Of a stretch of DNA of 64,000 bases, positions 8,161-19,071 are shown piece after piece. The translations under genes and the position numbers were made by a program. The stretch is from an uncultured Actinomycetes bacterium. Lineage in GTDB: Bacteria > Actinomycetota > Thermoleophilia > Gaiellales > Gaiellaceae. Under the pieces are notes generated by a model that saw only the letters and a list, made by a program, of their open reading frames with translations, did no database searches and was not told the origin of the DNA. Numbering within the stretch: position 1 is the stretch's first letter; each line of letters begins with the position of its first letter. The stretch lies in the NCBI GenBank assembly GCA_963732915.1, contig CAVTBF010000003.1, forward strand, positions 675,970 through 739,969, written 5' to 3'.

Positions 8161-9855
8161 TCAACGCAGGACGGCTCCTTCCGAAGCCGACGAGACGCCC
8201 GCCGCGTAGCGAGCGAAGACACCGGTCGTGTAGCGCGGCTCCGGGTGAACGACCGCGGCGAGCCGGGCCGCGAGCTCCTCCTCGGAGAGGAGGACGCGCA
8301 GCTCGCGCGCCTCGACGTCCAGCTCGATCGTGTCGCCGTCGCGCAGGGCGGCGATCGGGCCGCCGTGCGCGGCCTCGGGCGCGACGTGGCCGACCATCAG
8401 CCCGTGCGTGGCGCCGGAGAAGCGGCCGTCGGTGATCAGCGCCACCTCGTCGCCGATCCCCTCGCCGACGATCGCAGCGGTGACGTGGAGCATCTCGCGC
8501 ATCCCGGGGCCGCCCGCGGGGCCTTCGTAGCGGATGACGACGACGTCGCCCGCCTCGATCTTCCGCGCCTTGACCGCGGCGAAGCACTGCTCCTCGGAGT
8601 CGAAGACGCGGGCAGGCCCGGAATGGGAGAGCCGCTCGTGACCGGCGAGCTTGACGACGCAGCCGTCGGGCGCGAGGTTGCCGCGCAGGATCGCGAGCCC
8701 GCCGGTCGCCTTGAGCGGACGCTCGATCGGGACGACGACCTCCTGGCCGGGTGTCTCGACGGCAGCGCGCGCGATCTCGGCGAGCGTGCGCCCGTCGACC
8801 GTCGGCGCGTCGCCGTGGATGAGCCCGGCCTTCAGCAGCTCGCGGGCGACGAGGGCGACGCCGCCGGCCGCGTGCAGGTCGGTGGCGACGAAGCGGCCGC
8901 CCGGCGTGATGTCGGCGACCACCGGTGTGCGCGAGGCGATCTCGTCGAACTCGTCGATCGTGAGCGGGACGCCGAGCTCGCGCGCGATCGCGAGCAGGTG
9001 AAGGACGCCGTTGGTCGAGCCGCCGGTGGCGGCGACGGAGGCCACGGCGTTCTCGAGCGCCACCCGGGTGAGGATCTGCGAGGGACGGACGTCGTCGCGG
9101 ACGAGGCGCATCGCGATCTTGCCGGCCTCGTAGGCGGCATCCTTCTTGGCCGGGTCGGTGGCGGGCACGTCGTTCAGCCCGGACGGAGCGATGCCGAGGA
9201 ACTCGACGACGGTCGCCATCGTGTTCGCCGTGAACTGCCCGCCGCACGCGCCCGCGCCCGGACAGGCGGCGTCCTCCAGCTCGTGCACGTCCTCCGGGCT
9301 CATCTTCCCGGCGGCGGCGGCGCCGACCGCCTCGAAGACGTCCTGGATCGTCACGTCGCGGTCGCGGTAGCGCCCCGGCGCGATCGAGCCGTTGTAGAGC
9401 ACGAGGCCGGGCACGTCGAGCCGTGCGAGCGCCATCACCGCCGCGGGGATCGTCTTGTCGCAGCCGACGAGACAGACGAGCCCGTCGAGCAGGTGGCCGC
9501 GGACGACGAGCTCGATCGAGTCGGCGATCGTCTCGCGGGAGACGAGCGAGGCGCGCATCCCCTCGGTGCCCATCGAGACGCCGTCCGAGACCGCGATCGT
9601 GTTGAACTCGACCGGCGTCCCGCCCGCCTCGATGATCCCGCGCCGGACGTGCCGCGCCAGCTCGCGCTGGTTCCAGTTGCACGGCATGGTCTCGATCCAG
9701 TTGGTCGCGATGCCGACGAGCGGCCGCGCGAGCGCCTCGTCGTCGAGCCCGATCGCCTTCAGCATCGCGCGTGCCGGAGCGCGGTCGACGCCGTCGGTGA
9801 TCGCGGCGCTGTGCCGCTTGGCGGGATCGGTCGGGGTCGAGTACGGGTCGCTCAT
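8161..9855 (-). CDS. ilvD: Dihydroxy-acid dehydratase
   Basis: 564 aa. 'AMLKAIGL', '[24 protein letters not shown]', '[10 protein letters not shown]', '[14 protein letters not shown]'. Confidence 0.96.
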   Translation of the reverse strand: MSDPYSTPTDPAKRHSAAITDGVDRAPARAMLKAIGLDDEALARPLVGIATNWIETMPCNWNQRELARHVRRGIIEAGGTPVEFNTIAVSDGVSMGTEGMRASLVSRETIADSIELVVRGHLLDGLVCLVGCDKTIPAAVMALARLDVPGLVLYNGSIAPGRYRDRDVTIQDVFEAVGAAAAGKMSPEDVHELEDAACPGAGACGGQFTANTMATVVEFLGIAPSGLNDVPATDPAKKDAAYEAGKIAMRLVRDDVRPSQILTRVALENAVASVAATGGSTNGVLHLLAIARELGVPLTIDEFDEIASRTPVVADITPGGRFVATDLHAAGGVALVARELLKAGLIHGDAPTVDGRTLAEIARAAVETPGQEVVVPIERPLKATGGLAILRGNLAPDGCVVKLAGHERLSHSGPARVFDSEEQCFAAVKARKIEAGDVVVIRYEGPAGGPGMREMLHVTAAIVGEGIGDEVALITDGRFSGATHGLMVGHVAPEAAHGGPIAALRDGDTIELDVEARELRVLLSEEELAARLAAVVHPEPRYTTGVFARYAAGVSSASEGAVLR

Positions 9856-10030
9856 GCACGCACCTTCCCGTCGTCGCCTCCCGCCGGGCGGAGCCCGGCT
9901 CCGCCGACGCCTGGCCCCGCTGAGCGCACGGTGCTCTCCGGCCCCGTACCACCGTTCTGCGACCTCCGGCCCCGCACACTCAGCGGCGCCCGAGGAACGC
10001 GCATGCTTCTCAGGGTTGACATACGGTGGC

Positions 10031-10846
10031 TCATGCCTGGCCGGCTCCTTTGGTTGCGACAGCGAGATTGAGGATGTCGTGCTCGGGGAAGCGCGCCGCG
10101 AGCTGGGCGGCGACCTCGTCGGCGTGCGGACGCTCGGCCCAGACGATCACCGTCGGCCCGGAGCCCGACAGCGTCGCGCCGAGCGCGCCCGAGGGGAGGT
10201 CGTCGCGGATGGCGTGCAGGTGGGGCGCGCGGGCCGCTCGATACGGCTCGTGCAGGCGATCGTCGGCGCTTGCGGCGAGCAGCCGAGCGTCGCCGGCGGC
10301 GAGCGCCGCGCCGAGCAGCGCCGCGCGCCCCGCGCTGAAGACGGCGTCCGCGTACCGCACCTCCTGCGGCAGGGAGGCACGCGCCTCGGCCGTCTTCACG
10401 CGCTCTTTCGGAACGACGGCGATCGCGGCCGCGGGCACGTCGTCTGCGATCCGCGCGATCCGTCCTTCCCAGGTCAGGCAGACGCCGCCGGCCAGCGCCG
10501 CCGCGAGGTTGTCGGCATGGCCCTCGAGCTCGAGCCCGGCCGCGAGCAGCTCGTCGGTCGTCGGGGTCGCGCCGGCTGCCGCCGCGCCCGCGACGAGGCC
10601 GAGCGCGACGACGGCGGCGCTCGAGCCGAGGCCGCGCTCACGCGGGATCCGGTCGGTGAACCGGAACGAGTAGGCGTCGGGGTCGGCGAAGAGCGCGAAC
10701 GCGCGGACGGCGAGATGCTCGCGATCCGGAGGCGTCCCGTTGCGCTCGCCGAGCTCGAGCTCGTTCCAGAGCTCGAATGCGACCGCGGCAACGTCGAACC
10801 CGGAGCCGAGGTTCGCGCTCGTCGCGGGCGCCCTGACGTGAATCAC
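10031..10846 (-). CDS. thrB: Homoserine kinase
   Basis: Last 271 codons of track ORF 10031..11623. '[15 protein letters not shown]', '[12 protein letters not shown]'. Its GTG start overlaps the thrC stop (GTGA). Confidence 0.92.
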   Translation of the reverse strand: MIHVRAPATSANLGSGFDVAAVAFELWNELELGERNGTPPDREHLAVRAFALFADPDAYSFRFTDRIPRERGLGSSAAVVALGLVAGAAAAGATPTTDELLAAGLELEGHADNLAAALAGGVCLTWEGRIARIADDVPAAAIAVVPKERVKTAEARASLPQEVRYADAVFSAGRAALLGAALAAGDARLLAASADDRLHEPYRAARAPHLHAIRDDLPSGALGATLSGSGPTVIVWAERPHADEVAAQLAARFPEHDILNLAVATKGAGQA

Positions 10847-11724
10847 GCGACCGCCTTCACGAGCGCGTCGACGTCCTTCAGGCCGTGCCCGGTGACGATG
10901 CAAACGACGCGCGAGCCGGCCGCGGGCGGAGACGCCTCGACGGCGGCGATCCCGGAGGCGCTCGCCGGCTCGCAGAACAGCCCCTCCTCGCGGGCGAGCG
11001 CGAGCCAGGCGCGCTCGATCTGCTGCTCGGTGAGCGAGACGACGCTGCCGCCGGAGCGCTCGAGCACCCGGTCGACCTCGGCGCGGTGGACGGGCTCGAC
11101 GATCCGGATCGCGGACGCGAACGTGTCGGCGCGGCGGGCGGCCTCGCCGAGCAGGAAGCGCGGCAGCTCGTCGCCGAAGCCCTGGGCGTAGGCGACCGTG
11201 TTGCCGCCGCCGCCGAAGGGCAACGCGAGCACGTCGGGCACCCCGCCGAGCTGGCGGACGATCTCCCCGGCGGCGCGGCTCTGGCCCTCGATCCGGTCGG
11301 GGTTGATCGAGTTGACGTTGACGAGCCCTTCCTCGTCGGCGAGCCGGCGCGCCTCGCGATGCGCATCCTCGAACGAGCCGTCGATCTCGCGGAGCTCCGC
11401 GCCGGCCGCGCGCGCCTGCGCCACCTTGCCGCCGGCGATCGCCCCCCGCGGCCCGAGCACGACCGCGCGGATCCCGGCGCGGGCCGCGTACGCGGCGGCC
11501 GAGGCGGCGGTGTTGCCGGTGGACGCGCACACGACGCCGGTCGCGCCGCGCTCGACCGCCCGGCTGACCGCCACGGCCATGCCGCGATCCTTGAACGACC
11601 CGGTCGGGTTCGCCCCTTCCCACTTCAGCCAGACCTCGACGCCGATCCGCGCCGAGAGGCGCGGCGCCGGCAGGAGCGGCGTCCGGCCCTCACCGAGCGT
11701 CACCGCGGCGTCGGCCATCCTCAT
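10843..11724 (-). CDS. thrC: Threonine synthase (short canonical form)
   Basis: 293 aa. 'LGEGRTPLL', 'NPTGSFKDRGM', 'ASTGNTAASAAAYAA', 'IVTGHGLKD'. ATGA overlap with the hom stop. Confidence 0.92.
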   Translation of the reverse strand: MRMADAAVTLGEGRTPLLPAPRLSARIGVEVWLKWEGANPTGSFKDRGMAVAVSRAVERGATGVVCASTGNTAASAAAYAARAGIRAVVLGPRGAIAGGKVAQARAAGAELREIDGSFEDAHREARRLADEEGLVNVNSINPDRIEGQSRAAGEIVRQLGGVPDVLALPFGGGGNTVAYAQGFGDELPRFLLGEAARRADTFASAIRIVEPVHRAEVDRVLERSGGSVVSLTEQQIERAWLALAREEGLFCEPASASGIAAVEASPPAAGSRVVCIVTGHGLKDVDALVKAVA

Positions 11725-13010
11725 AGCGGCCGCTCCGAGATCACGGGCGCGAGAAAAGGGGGACGCAGCACCTCGGGGAACGTCGCCATCTCGGCGGCCA
11801 CCTTCGCGACCGCCCCGTACGGCGCCTCGTGGAGCACGACGTCGATCGTCGCCTCGCCGTCGCGCAGATGCTGGACGATCTGCGCGACGGAGATGTCGGC
11901 CGCGGCGAGCCGGCTCGTGGTGTGGGCGAGCACGCCGGGCCGGTCGGCGACCTCCAGGTGGAGGTAGAACGGCGAGCGCCAGGCTGCCGGGTCGAGCCGC
12001 GGCAGCTCACGCCAGCAGGCGTCGTTCTGGAGGAAGCCCGTGCCGGCCGTGCCGACGACGCTGACGAGGTCGGCCACGACCGCCGACGCCGTCTCGATCC
12101 CGCCCGCGCCGGGGCCTTCGAGCGTGATCTCGCGGATTGCGTCGCCCTGGAGCATGACCGCGTTGAAGGCGCCGTCGATCGCCGCGAGCGAGTGCGCGCG
12201 GTCGACGAAGGCCGGCTGGACGCGGACGTCCACGCCCTCCGGCGCGAGCGTCGCGATCCCGACGAGGCGCACGACCATCCCCAGCTCGGCGGCCGCCGTG
12301 ACGTGCGCCTGCTCGACCATGTCGATCCCGCGGGCGTCGACGTCACCGAGCTCGACCCGCGAGCCGAACGCGACGGTCGCGAGGATCGCCATCTTCGCGG
12401 CGGCGTCGGCACCCGTGACGTCGTCGGTCGGGTCGGCTTCGGCGTAGCCGAGCGCCTGCGCCTCGGCGAGCGCCTCGGCGTAGCTGCCGCCCGCTTCCAT
12501 CCGCGAGAGGACGAAGTTCGTCGTCCCGTTGACGATCCCGAGCACACGGTGGACGTTCGAGACGACGAGCGACTCACGCAGCACCTTGACGACCGGGATC
12601 GCGGCGCACACCGACGCCTCGAACCGCAGCTGCACGCCCCCCGCGGAGGCGGCCGCGAACAGATCGGCGCCCTCGCGCGCGATCAGCTGCTTGTTCGCCG
12701 AGACGACCGGCTTGCCCGCCTCGAGCAGCTCGCGGACGTAACGACCGGCCGGCTCGAGCCCGCCCATCACCTCGGCGACGACCGTCACCCGCGGGTCGTC
12801 CCGGATCGACTCGAAGTCGGTCGTGAGCACGCCGTCGCCGGCCGGAAAGCCGCGCTGCTTGGCGGGATCGCGGACGAGCGCGCGGACGACGCCGATCCGG
12901 TGCCCGGTCGCCCGCTCGATCTCGTCGCCGCTGTCGACGAGCAGCCGGTGCACCGCCGCGCCGACGGTGCCGTAGCCGAGGAGGGCGACGCCGACGTCAA
13001 CCGCTGACAC
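11721..13010 (-). CDS. hom: Homoserine dehydrogenase (with C-terminal ACT domain)
   Basis: 429 aa. '[13 protein letters not shown]', '[11 protein letters not shown]', '[12 protein letters not shown]'. Confidence 0.95.
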   Translation of the reverse strand: MSAVDVGVALLGYGTVGAAVHRLLVDSGDEIERATGHRIGVVRALVRDPAKQRGFPAGDGVLTTDFESIRDDPRVTVVAEVMGGLEPAGRYVRELLEAGKPVVSANKQLIAREGADLFAAASAGGVQLRFEASVCAAIPVVKVLRESLVVSNVHRVLGIVNGTTNFVLSRMEAGGSYAEALAEAQALGYAEADPTDDVTGADAAAKMAILATVAFGSRVELGDVDARGIDMVEQAHVTAAAELGMVVRLVGIATLAPEGVDVRVQPAFVDRAHSLAAIDGAFNAVMLQGDAIREITLEGPGAGGIETASAVVADLVSVVGTAGTGFLQNDACWRELPRLDPAAWRSPFYLHLEVADRPGVLAHTTSRLAAADISVAQIVQHLRDGEATIDVVLHEAPYGAVAKVAAEMATFPEVLRPPFLAPVISERPL

Positions 13011-14013
13011 GCGCCTCCGCCCCGAGCAGGCCCTCGATCCCTGCGAGCTCGCGGAGCTCCTTGCCGACCCGCTCCATCTCCTGCGACCGCTCGGCGCCCT
13101 GGCGGCGCAGCTCCGCGAAGCCCGGGCGGCCCGCGTCGTCGTCCGAGAACAGCTCCTTCGCGAAGGCGCCGCTGCGGATCTCCTCGAGGATCGTCTTCAT
13201 CCGCTCGCGCGTCCCCGCGTCGACGACGCGCGGCCCGCGGGAGAGGTCGCCGTACTCGGCGACGTCCGAGACGGAATAGCGCATGTACTCGAGGCCGCCC
13301 TGGTAGAGGAGGTCGACGATCAGCTTCAGCTCGTTCATGCACTCGTAGTAGGCGATCTCGGGCTGGTAGCCCGCCTCGACGAGCGTGTCGAAGCCGGCCT
13401 GGACGAGTGCGGGAACGCCGCCGCAGAGCACGGCCTGCTCGCCGAAGAGGTCGCTTTCGGCCTCCTCCGCAAACGTCGTCTCGAGCAGCCCGACCCGGCC
13501 GCAGCCGATGCCGACCCCGTACGCGAGCGCGAGCGGAAGCGCGTGCCCGCTCGCGTCCTGGTGGATCGCGACGAGGCCCGGGGTGCCGGCGCCCGAGACG
13601 TAGAGCTCGCGGACGCGGTGGCCCGGCGCCTTCGGCGCGACCATGATCACGTCGCGGTCGGCAGGCGGGACGATCCGCCCGAAGTGGACGTTGAGCCCGT
13701 GCGCGAAGAGGACGGCCGCGCCCGGGGCGAGGTTCGGCGCGACGTCGGCGTCCCAGACGCCCTTCTGCACGTGGTCGGGAACGAGCATCGCCACGACCTG
13801 CGCGCCGCGGACGGCGTCGGCGATGGGGCGGACCTCGACGCCCGCCTCCTCGGCGGCGGCCCGAGAGCCGCTGCCGTCGCGCAGGCCGACGACGACGTCG
13901 ACGCCGGAGTCGTGGAGATTGAGAGCGTGGGCGTGTCCCTGGCTGCCGAAGCCGACGACGGCGACGGTGCCGTCGAGGAGGGAGAGGTCGCCGTCGCGAT
14001 GGATCGTCGCCAT
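12997..14013 (-). CDS. ilvC: Ketol-acid reductoisomerase
   Basis: 338 aa. '[17 protein letters not shown]', '[11 protein letters not shown]', '[10 protein letters not shown]'. Confidence 0.96.
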   Translation of the reverse strand: MATIHRDGDLSLLDGTVAVVGFGSQGHAHALNLHDSGVDVVVGLRDGSGSRAAAEEAGVEVRPIADAVRGAQVVAMLVPDHVQKGVWDADVAPNLAPGAAVLFAHGLNVHFGRIVPPADRDVIMVAPKAPGHRVRELYVSGAGTPGLVAIHQDASGHALPLALAYGVGIGCGRVGLLETTFAEEAESDLFGEQAVLCGGVPALVQAGFDTLVEAGYQPEIAYYECMNELKLIVDLLYQGGLEYMRYSVSDVAEYGDLSRGPRVVDAGTRERMKTILEEIRSGAFAKELFSDDDAGRPGFAELRRQGAERSQEMERVGKELRELAGIEGLLGAEARVSG

Positions 14014-14030
14014 GGTGGTGTGCTCCTTTT

Positions 14031-14543
14031 TCAGACGAGGACTTGTTTACGGTTGGTTCGGCCGGCCCGTGGCACACGGCCGAGACCGATACGGCCGGTG
14101 CGGACGACCTCCTGCAGGCCGTGCGGACGGATCAGCTCCTCGAACGACTCGACGTCCTCCGGGGACGCGGTCAGCTCGAAGACGATCGAGTCGGGCCCGA
14201 GGTCGGCGACGCGCGCCTTGAACACCTCGCCGAGCGCCATCAGCTCGGTGCGCTTGCTCGCGGGCGCGGCCACCTTGAACAGCGCCAGCTCCCGCTCGAC
14301 GGACTCGCCGGGCGACAGCTCCGCGACGCGGAGGACGTTGACGAGCTTGTGCATCTGCTTCTCGATCTGGTCCAGGGAGTGGGTCTCGCAGTCGACGCGG
14401 AGCGTGATCCGCGAGACGTCGTGGCGCTCGGTCGGGCCGACGGCGAGGCTCTCGATGTTGTACCCGCGCCGGGCGAACATGCTCGTCACACGCGTCAGCG
14501 CGCCCGGCTTGTTCTCGAGGAGGACGGAGAGCGTGTGTCTCAA
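14031..14543 (-). CDS. ilvN: Acetolactate synthase small (regulatory) subunit
   Basis: '[35 protein letters not shown]'. Start set at TTG 14543 (170 aa, GAAAGG upstream). The ORF stays open up to ATG 14627. Confidence 0.88.
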   Translation of the reverse strand: MRHTLSVLLENKPGALTRVTSMFARRGYNIESLAVGPTERHDVSRITLRVDCETHSLDQIEKQMHKLVNVLRVAELSPGESVERELALFKVAAPASKRTELMALGEVFKARVADLGPDSIVFELTASPEDVESFEELIRPHGLQEVVRTGRIGLGRVPRAGRTNRKQVLV

Positions 14544-14627
14544 AGCCGTGAGCCTTTCGTCGCATTTTCTGGAGCGCCCGTCACACCCTGGTGACGGGTG
14601 GCGGCACGCAAACCGGCTTTTCTCCAT

Positions 14628-14685
14628 GGCGTCGCCACGTGGCGTGGCGTGGCGTCGCCACCTGGCGTGGCGTGGCGTCGCCAGC
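14628..14685. repeat. 23-bp tandem repeat, 2.5 copies (GGCGTCGCCAC[G/C]TGGCGTGGCGT), in the ilvB-ilvN spacer
   Basis: Units at 14628..14650, 14651..14673 and a partial unit at 14674..14685. The first unit contains the 12-bp palindrome CGCCACGTGGCG. A separate 8-bp-stem hairpin lies at 14577..14598. Confidence 0.85.
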
Positions 14686-16419
14686 TCATAGGGCGAGCGC
14701 CTCCGAGTCGCTCTCGGGCGAGTACTCGACGACGTCGAGCGCGGCCGCCCCTGCCGGGATCATCGGGAAGCAGTGCTCGCGCGGGTCGACGCGGCAGTCC
14801 ACGACCGCGGTGCGGCCGCTGGCGAGCGCCTCGGCGAGCACGCCCTCCAGCTCCTCCTCCGCCTCGACCGTGAAGCCCAGAGCGCCGTAGGCGCGGGCGA
14901 GCATCGCGTAGTCGGGTAGCGCGTGCGTGAGGTGGCTCTGCGAGAAGCGCTCCTCGAAGAACATGTCCTGCCACTGCCGCACCATGCCGAGGTAGCCGTT
15001 GTTGACGATCACCACGACGATCGGCAGCTCCTCGAGTACGGACGTCGCCAGCTCCTGACAGGTCATCTGGAAGCAGCCGTCGCCGTCGACGCAGACGACG
15101 GTCGCGTCCGGACGGGCCGCCTTCGCCCCGACGGCGGCGGGCAGGCCGTAGCCCATCGTTCCGAGACCGCCGGAGGTGACGAACGTCCGCGGCCGGTCGC
15201 AGTCGAGGTACTGCATCGCCCACATCTGGTGCTGGCCGACACCGGTCGTCCAGACGACGTCGTCGCGGCCCGCGGTCAGGTCGCGCAGCGTCTCGAGCAC
15301 CTTCTGCGGCTTGAGCAGGTCGCCGCCCGCGCCGTAGCGAAGGGGGAAACGCTCGCGCCACTCGGCGATCTGCTCGAGCCACGGCTCCGTCCGCCCCGGC
15401 GTCGCCTCCTCGGCGACCTGCTTCGCCAGCTCGGCGAGCACCGACTTGAGCGGCCCCACCACGGGCACGTCGGCGTGGCGGATCTTCGAGATCTCCGCCG
15501 CGTCGACATCGAGATGGACGATCTTCGCTCCTGGCGCGAACGCCGCGACCTTGCCGGTGACGCGATCGTCGAACCGCGCGCCGGCCGCGACGATCACGTC
15601 CGCCTTGTTCAGTGCCCAGTTCGACCACTTCGGCCCGTGCATCCCCGGCCAGCCGACGTGCAGCTCGTGCGACTCGGGGAAGGCGCTCTTGGCCATCAGC
15701 GTCGTCACGACCGGGATCCGTGCGGCCGCCGCAAGGGCACGCAGCTCCTCGGTCGCGTCCGCGTTCAGCACTCCGCCGCCGGCGTAGATGATCGGCCGCT
15801 CCGCCGCGACGACGGCCTGAGCAGCAGCCGTGATCTGGCGAGGATGCCCGCGGCGCGGCGGCTTCCAGCCCGGGAGGGACACCTCGCTGGGATACGAGAA
15901 GTCGAGCTCCGCCTCCTGGATGTCGCGCGGAACGTCCACGAGCACGGGCCCGCAGCGGCCGGTGCTCGCGACGTGGAAGGCCGCCTTCATGACATGCGGC
16001 AGCTCGCTCACGTCCTGCACGAGCCACGAGTGCTTGACGATCGGGATCGTGATCCCGGTGATGTCGCACTCCTGGAAGGCGTCGGTGCCGATCAGGAAGC
16101 TCTTCACCTGGCCGGTGATGCAGACGAGCGGCGTCGAGTCCATCCACGCGTCCGCGATCGGCGTGACGAGGTTCGTCGCGCCCGGGCCCGAGGTCGCGAT
16201 CGCGACGCCGACGCGGCCCGACGCGCGCGCGTAGCCCTGGGCCATGTGACCTGCGCCCTGCTCGTGGCGGGCGAGGACGTGACGAACGGCCGTGCCCTTC
16301 GCCATCGCGTCGTAGAGCGGCAGGATGGCGCCGCCCGGGATCCCGAACATCACGTCGACGCCCTCCGCCTCGAGGCAGCGGAGGATCGCGTCGGCTCCGG
16401 TCATCCGTTGCCCGCTCAT
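14686..16419 (-). CDS. ilvB: Acetolactate synthase large (catalytic) subunit
   Basis: Last 577 codons of track ORF 14686..17046. 'GADAILRCLEAEGVDVMFGIPGGAILP', 'GGLGTMGYGLPAAVGA', 'VDGDGCFQMT'. ATGA overlap with the upstream gene. Confidence 0.95.
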   Translation of the reverse strand: MSGQRMTGADAILRCLEAEGVDVMFGIPGGAILPLYDAMAKGTAVRHVLARHEQGAGHMAQGYARASGRVGVAIATSGPGATNLVTPIADAWMDSTPLVCITGQVKSFLIGTDAFQECDITGITIPIVKHSWLVQDVSELPHVMKAAFHVASTGRCGPVLVDVPRDIQEAELDFSYPSEVSLPGWKPPRRGHPRQITAAAQAVVAAERPIIYAGGGVLNADATEELRALAAAARIPVVTTLMAKSAFPESHELHVGWPGMHGPKWSNWALNKADVIVAAGARFDDRVTGKVAAFAPGAKIVHLDVDAAEISKIRHADVPVVGPLKSVLAELAKQVAEEATPGRTEPWLEQIAEWRERFPLRYGAGGDLLKPQKVLETLRDLTAGRDDVVWTTGVGQHQMWAMQYLDCDRPRTFVTSGGLGTMGYGLPAAVGAKAARPDATVVCVDGDGCFQMTCQELATSVLEELPIVVVIVNNGYLGMVRQWQDMFFEERFSQSHLTHALPDYAMLARAYGALGFTVEAEEELEGVLAEALASGRTAVVDCRVDPREHCFPMIPAGAAALDVVEYSPESDSEALAL

Positions 16420-17392
16420 GCCCGCTCCGGCCAGAACTCGGCGTTGCGGAGCGAGAGCTGGAAGCCGGCGACGACGCGCGACGTGAAGTCGCGGGTCGAC
16501 GCGCCGAGTCCCCGGCGCAGCAGGTCCGGCGTCCGCGGCCCGTCGACGAGCGCGGCCGAGACCGCGCCGGCGAGGGTCGCTGCGGCGCCCGGCTGGTGCA
16601 GGCCGTACTCGAGCGCGAGCGCCGCCGCGAGCAGCATGCTGCTCGGATTGACGACTCCCCCTCCGGCCTCCGGCCGGGCAAGGGCGGCCGAGACGCCGTT
16701 GCCGCGCGCCTCGCCGGCGAGCGCGAAGCCGCCCTCCGGCGACGGCATGAACAGGCTCGGGCCGTGCCCGGCGAGCAGTGCGTGCGCGGCGACGCGGGCG
16801 GATGCGGGCGCGGCCACGATCTCGACGATCGGCTCGGCCCACCGCTCCGCGACCACGATGACGTCGAAGCGCGCCGCGTCGAAGGCGGCGAGCGGGACGG
16901 CCACCTTCGGCGAGAGGTACTCCGCGTCGACGTGGTCGTGTGCCTCGGCGACCTCCTCCGCCAGCTCGTGCCACTCGCGGTCGCCGACGACCGCGAGCCT
17001 CAGCCGGCGCGCCTCGGCGAGCTCGAATGCGGTCTCGAGCGTCCACGCGTCGGCCGACTCGTCGAGCGGCGAGACGATCGCCACGTCGTCGTCGCGGCCG
17101 AACCGCACGCGCGTTAGGCGTGCACGTAGGTCGAGCTCCGCCATCACTTCGGCCAGCGTCGGGTCCTCGGCCCCGGCCACGAGCACCGCGTCGGCGCCGA
17201 GAACGGCCGCGCGCGTCGCGGGCGGGAACGCCTGCCCGGCGCGGGCGACCGCCGGCGCTCCGAACGGCACGTGCACGTCGTCGATCTCGACCGCGTGGAG
17301 ACGCCCGACCGCGGAGAGCGCGAGCGCGGCCTCCGCCATCAGCTCCGGCGCGGTCCCGGCGCCCGCGAGACAGGCGACTGTCGCCCTGCGGG

Positions 17393-17396
<4 letters not shown>
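16416..17396 (-). CDS. Isocitrate/isopropylmalate-dehydrogenase-like protein lacking catalytic residues (probable pseudoenzyme)
   Basis: 326 aa. Collinear with LeuB of this window (GAGTAPEL, VNPSSMLLAAALALEYGL), but DKANV and GDILSD are replaced (GDREW, AEPIVE). ATGA overlaps at both ends. Confidence 0.8.
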
Positions 17397-18541
<1,145 letters not shown>

Positions 18542-18568
18542 TTCCTCCTTCGCTTACCTCGTGTGAGT

Positions 18569-18654
18569 GCGAAACGGGGACGCAGCTCTCCCGGAGGGAG
18601 GTCGGCGTCTGCGCTCTTTCAGCGCGTGTTCGTGTACTCCCCCTAGAGGGGGAG
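18569..18654 (-). promoter_or_regulatory. Transcription attenuator (alternative helices 1:2, 2:3, 3:4) of the ilv/leu/thr super-operon
   Basis: Segment 1 CUCCCCC (18654..18648), 2 GGGGGAG (18643..18637), 3 CUCCCUC (18600..18594), 4 GGGAG (18592..18588). Outer stem GCGCAG/CUGCGU, then CCCCGUUUCG. Confidence 0.6.
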
Positions 18655-18741
18655 AATCGCGATAACGATGAAAATGAAGAGCGCGCACGCGGTCGCCAGG
18701 CGTGTCTGCCCGGGCGAGATGCGTGTCAGCGCAGTCGTCAT
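18643..18741 (-). CDS. Leader peptide rich in Ile/Leu/Val/Phe
   Basis: 32 aa: MTTALTRISPGQTRLATACALFIFIVIAILPL. Uses ATT, GTT and TTC codons. Stop codon abuts attenuator segment 2. Confidence 0.6.
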   Translation of the reverse strand: MTTALTRISPGQTRLATACALFIFIVIAILPL

Positions 18742-18750
18742 CGCGGTCTG

Positions 18751-18779
18751 ACAATGCCTGCGATCCGGGCGCAAGTCAA
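18751..18779 (-). promoter_or_regulatory. Candidate promoter of the leader peptide (TTGACT-17 nt-CATTGT)
   Basis: -35 at 18779..18774 and -10 at 18756..18751. The ATG lies 9 nt after the -10, so the leader mRNA would be (near-)leaderless. Confidence 0.4.
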
Positions 18780-18890
18780 ATCACGGCCCGGCGCGCCCGG
18801 ACAGTTGACCGGTTTTCGAGAGACCGCCCGTGCCCGCTTGCCGCCTGCGATCCGGGCCTTCCCGCCCCCGCCCCGAAACGCGGCCGCGGC

Positions 18891-18920
18891 TTGACGGCCG
18901 TCCGACCGCCCTCCTAGGGT
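18891..18920 (+). promoter_or_regulatory. Candidate promoter upstream of amt (TTGACG-18 nt-TAGGGT)
   Basis: -35 at 18891..18896 and -10 at 18915..18920 (TAnnnT type). Confidence 0.45.
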
Positions 18921-18967
18921 GCTGCCCACGCGGACGGCGAGGTCGCCGGCCCGCGGAGGCAGTGGAG

Positions 18968-19001
18968 CCTCAGGACTCACAAGAGTCCTGGGGCTTTTTT
19001 T
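18968..19001 (+). terminator. Canonical intrinsic terminator inside the amt 5' leader
   Basis: CCTCAGGACTC-ACAA-GAGTCCTGGGG (11 bp, one G-U pair), followed by C and seven T. It ends 70 nt before the amt start. Confidence 0.8.
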
Positions 19002-19071
19002 GTTGGGCAAAAAGGGATGTGTCGGCAAACGAGGCGGGCCCGCGGGAACGGCCTCGGAAAGGAGTGAGGCG

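Noticed and set aside
14628-14685. Possible CRISPR-like repeat.
   Set aside because: There are only 2.5 directly abutting copies with no spacers and no cas genes. It is a simple tandem repeat.
18554-18754. 66-aa track ORF upstream of the first BCAA operon gene.
   Set aside because: Its composition (MSDRDDDCADTHLARAD...) has no regulatory codon bias. The 32-aa Ile/Leu/Val-rich ORF in another frame, together with the alternative helices, explains the region better.
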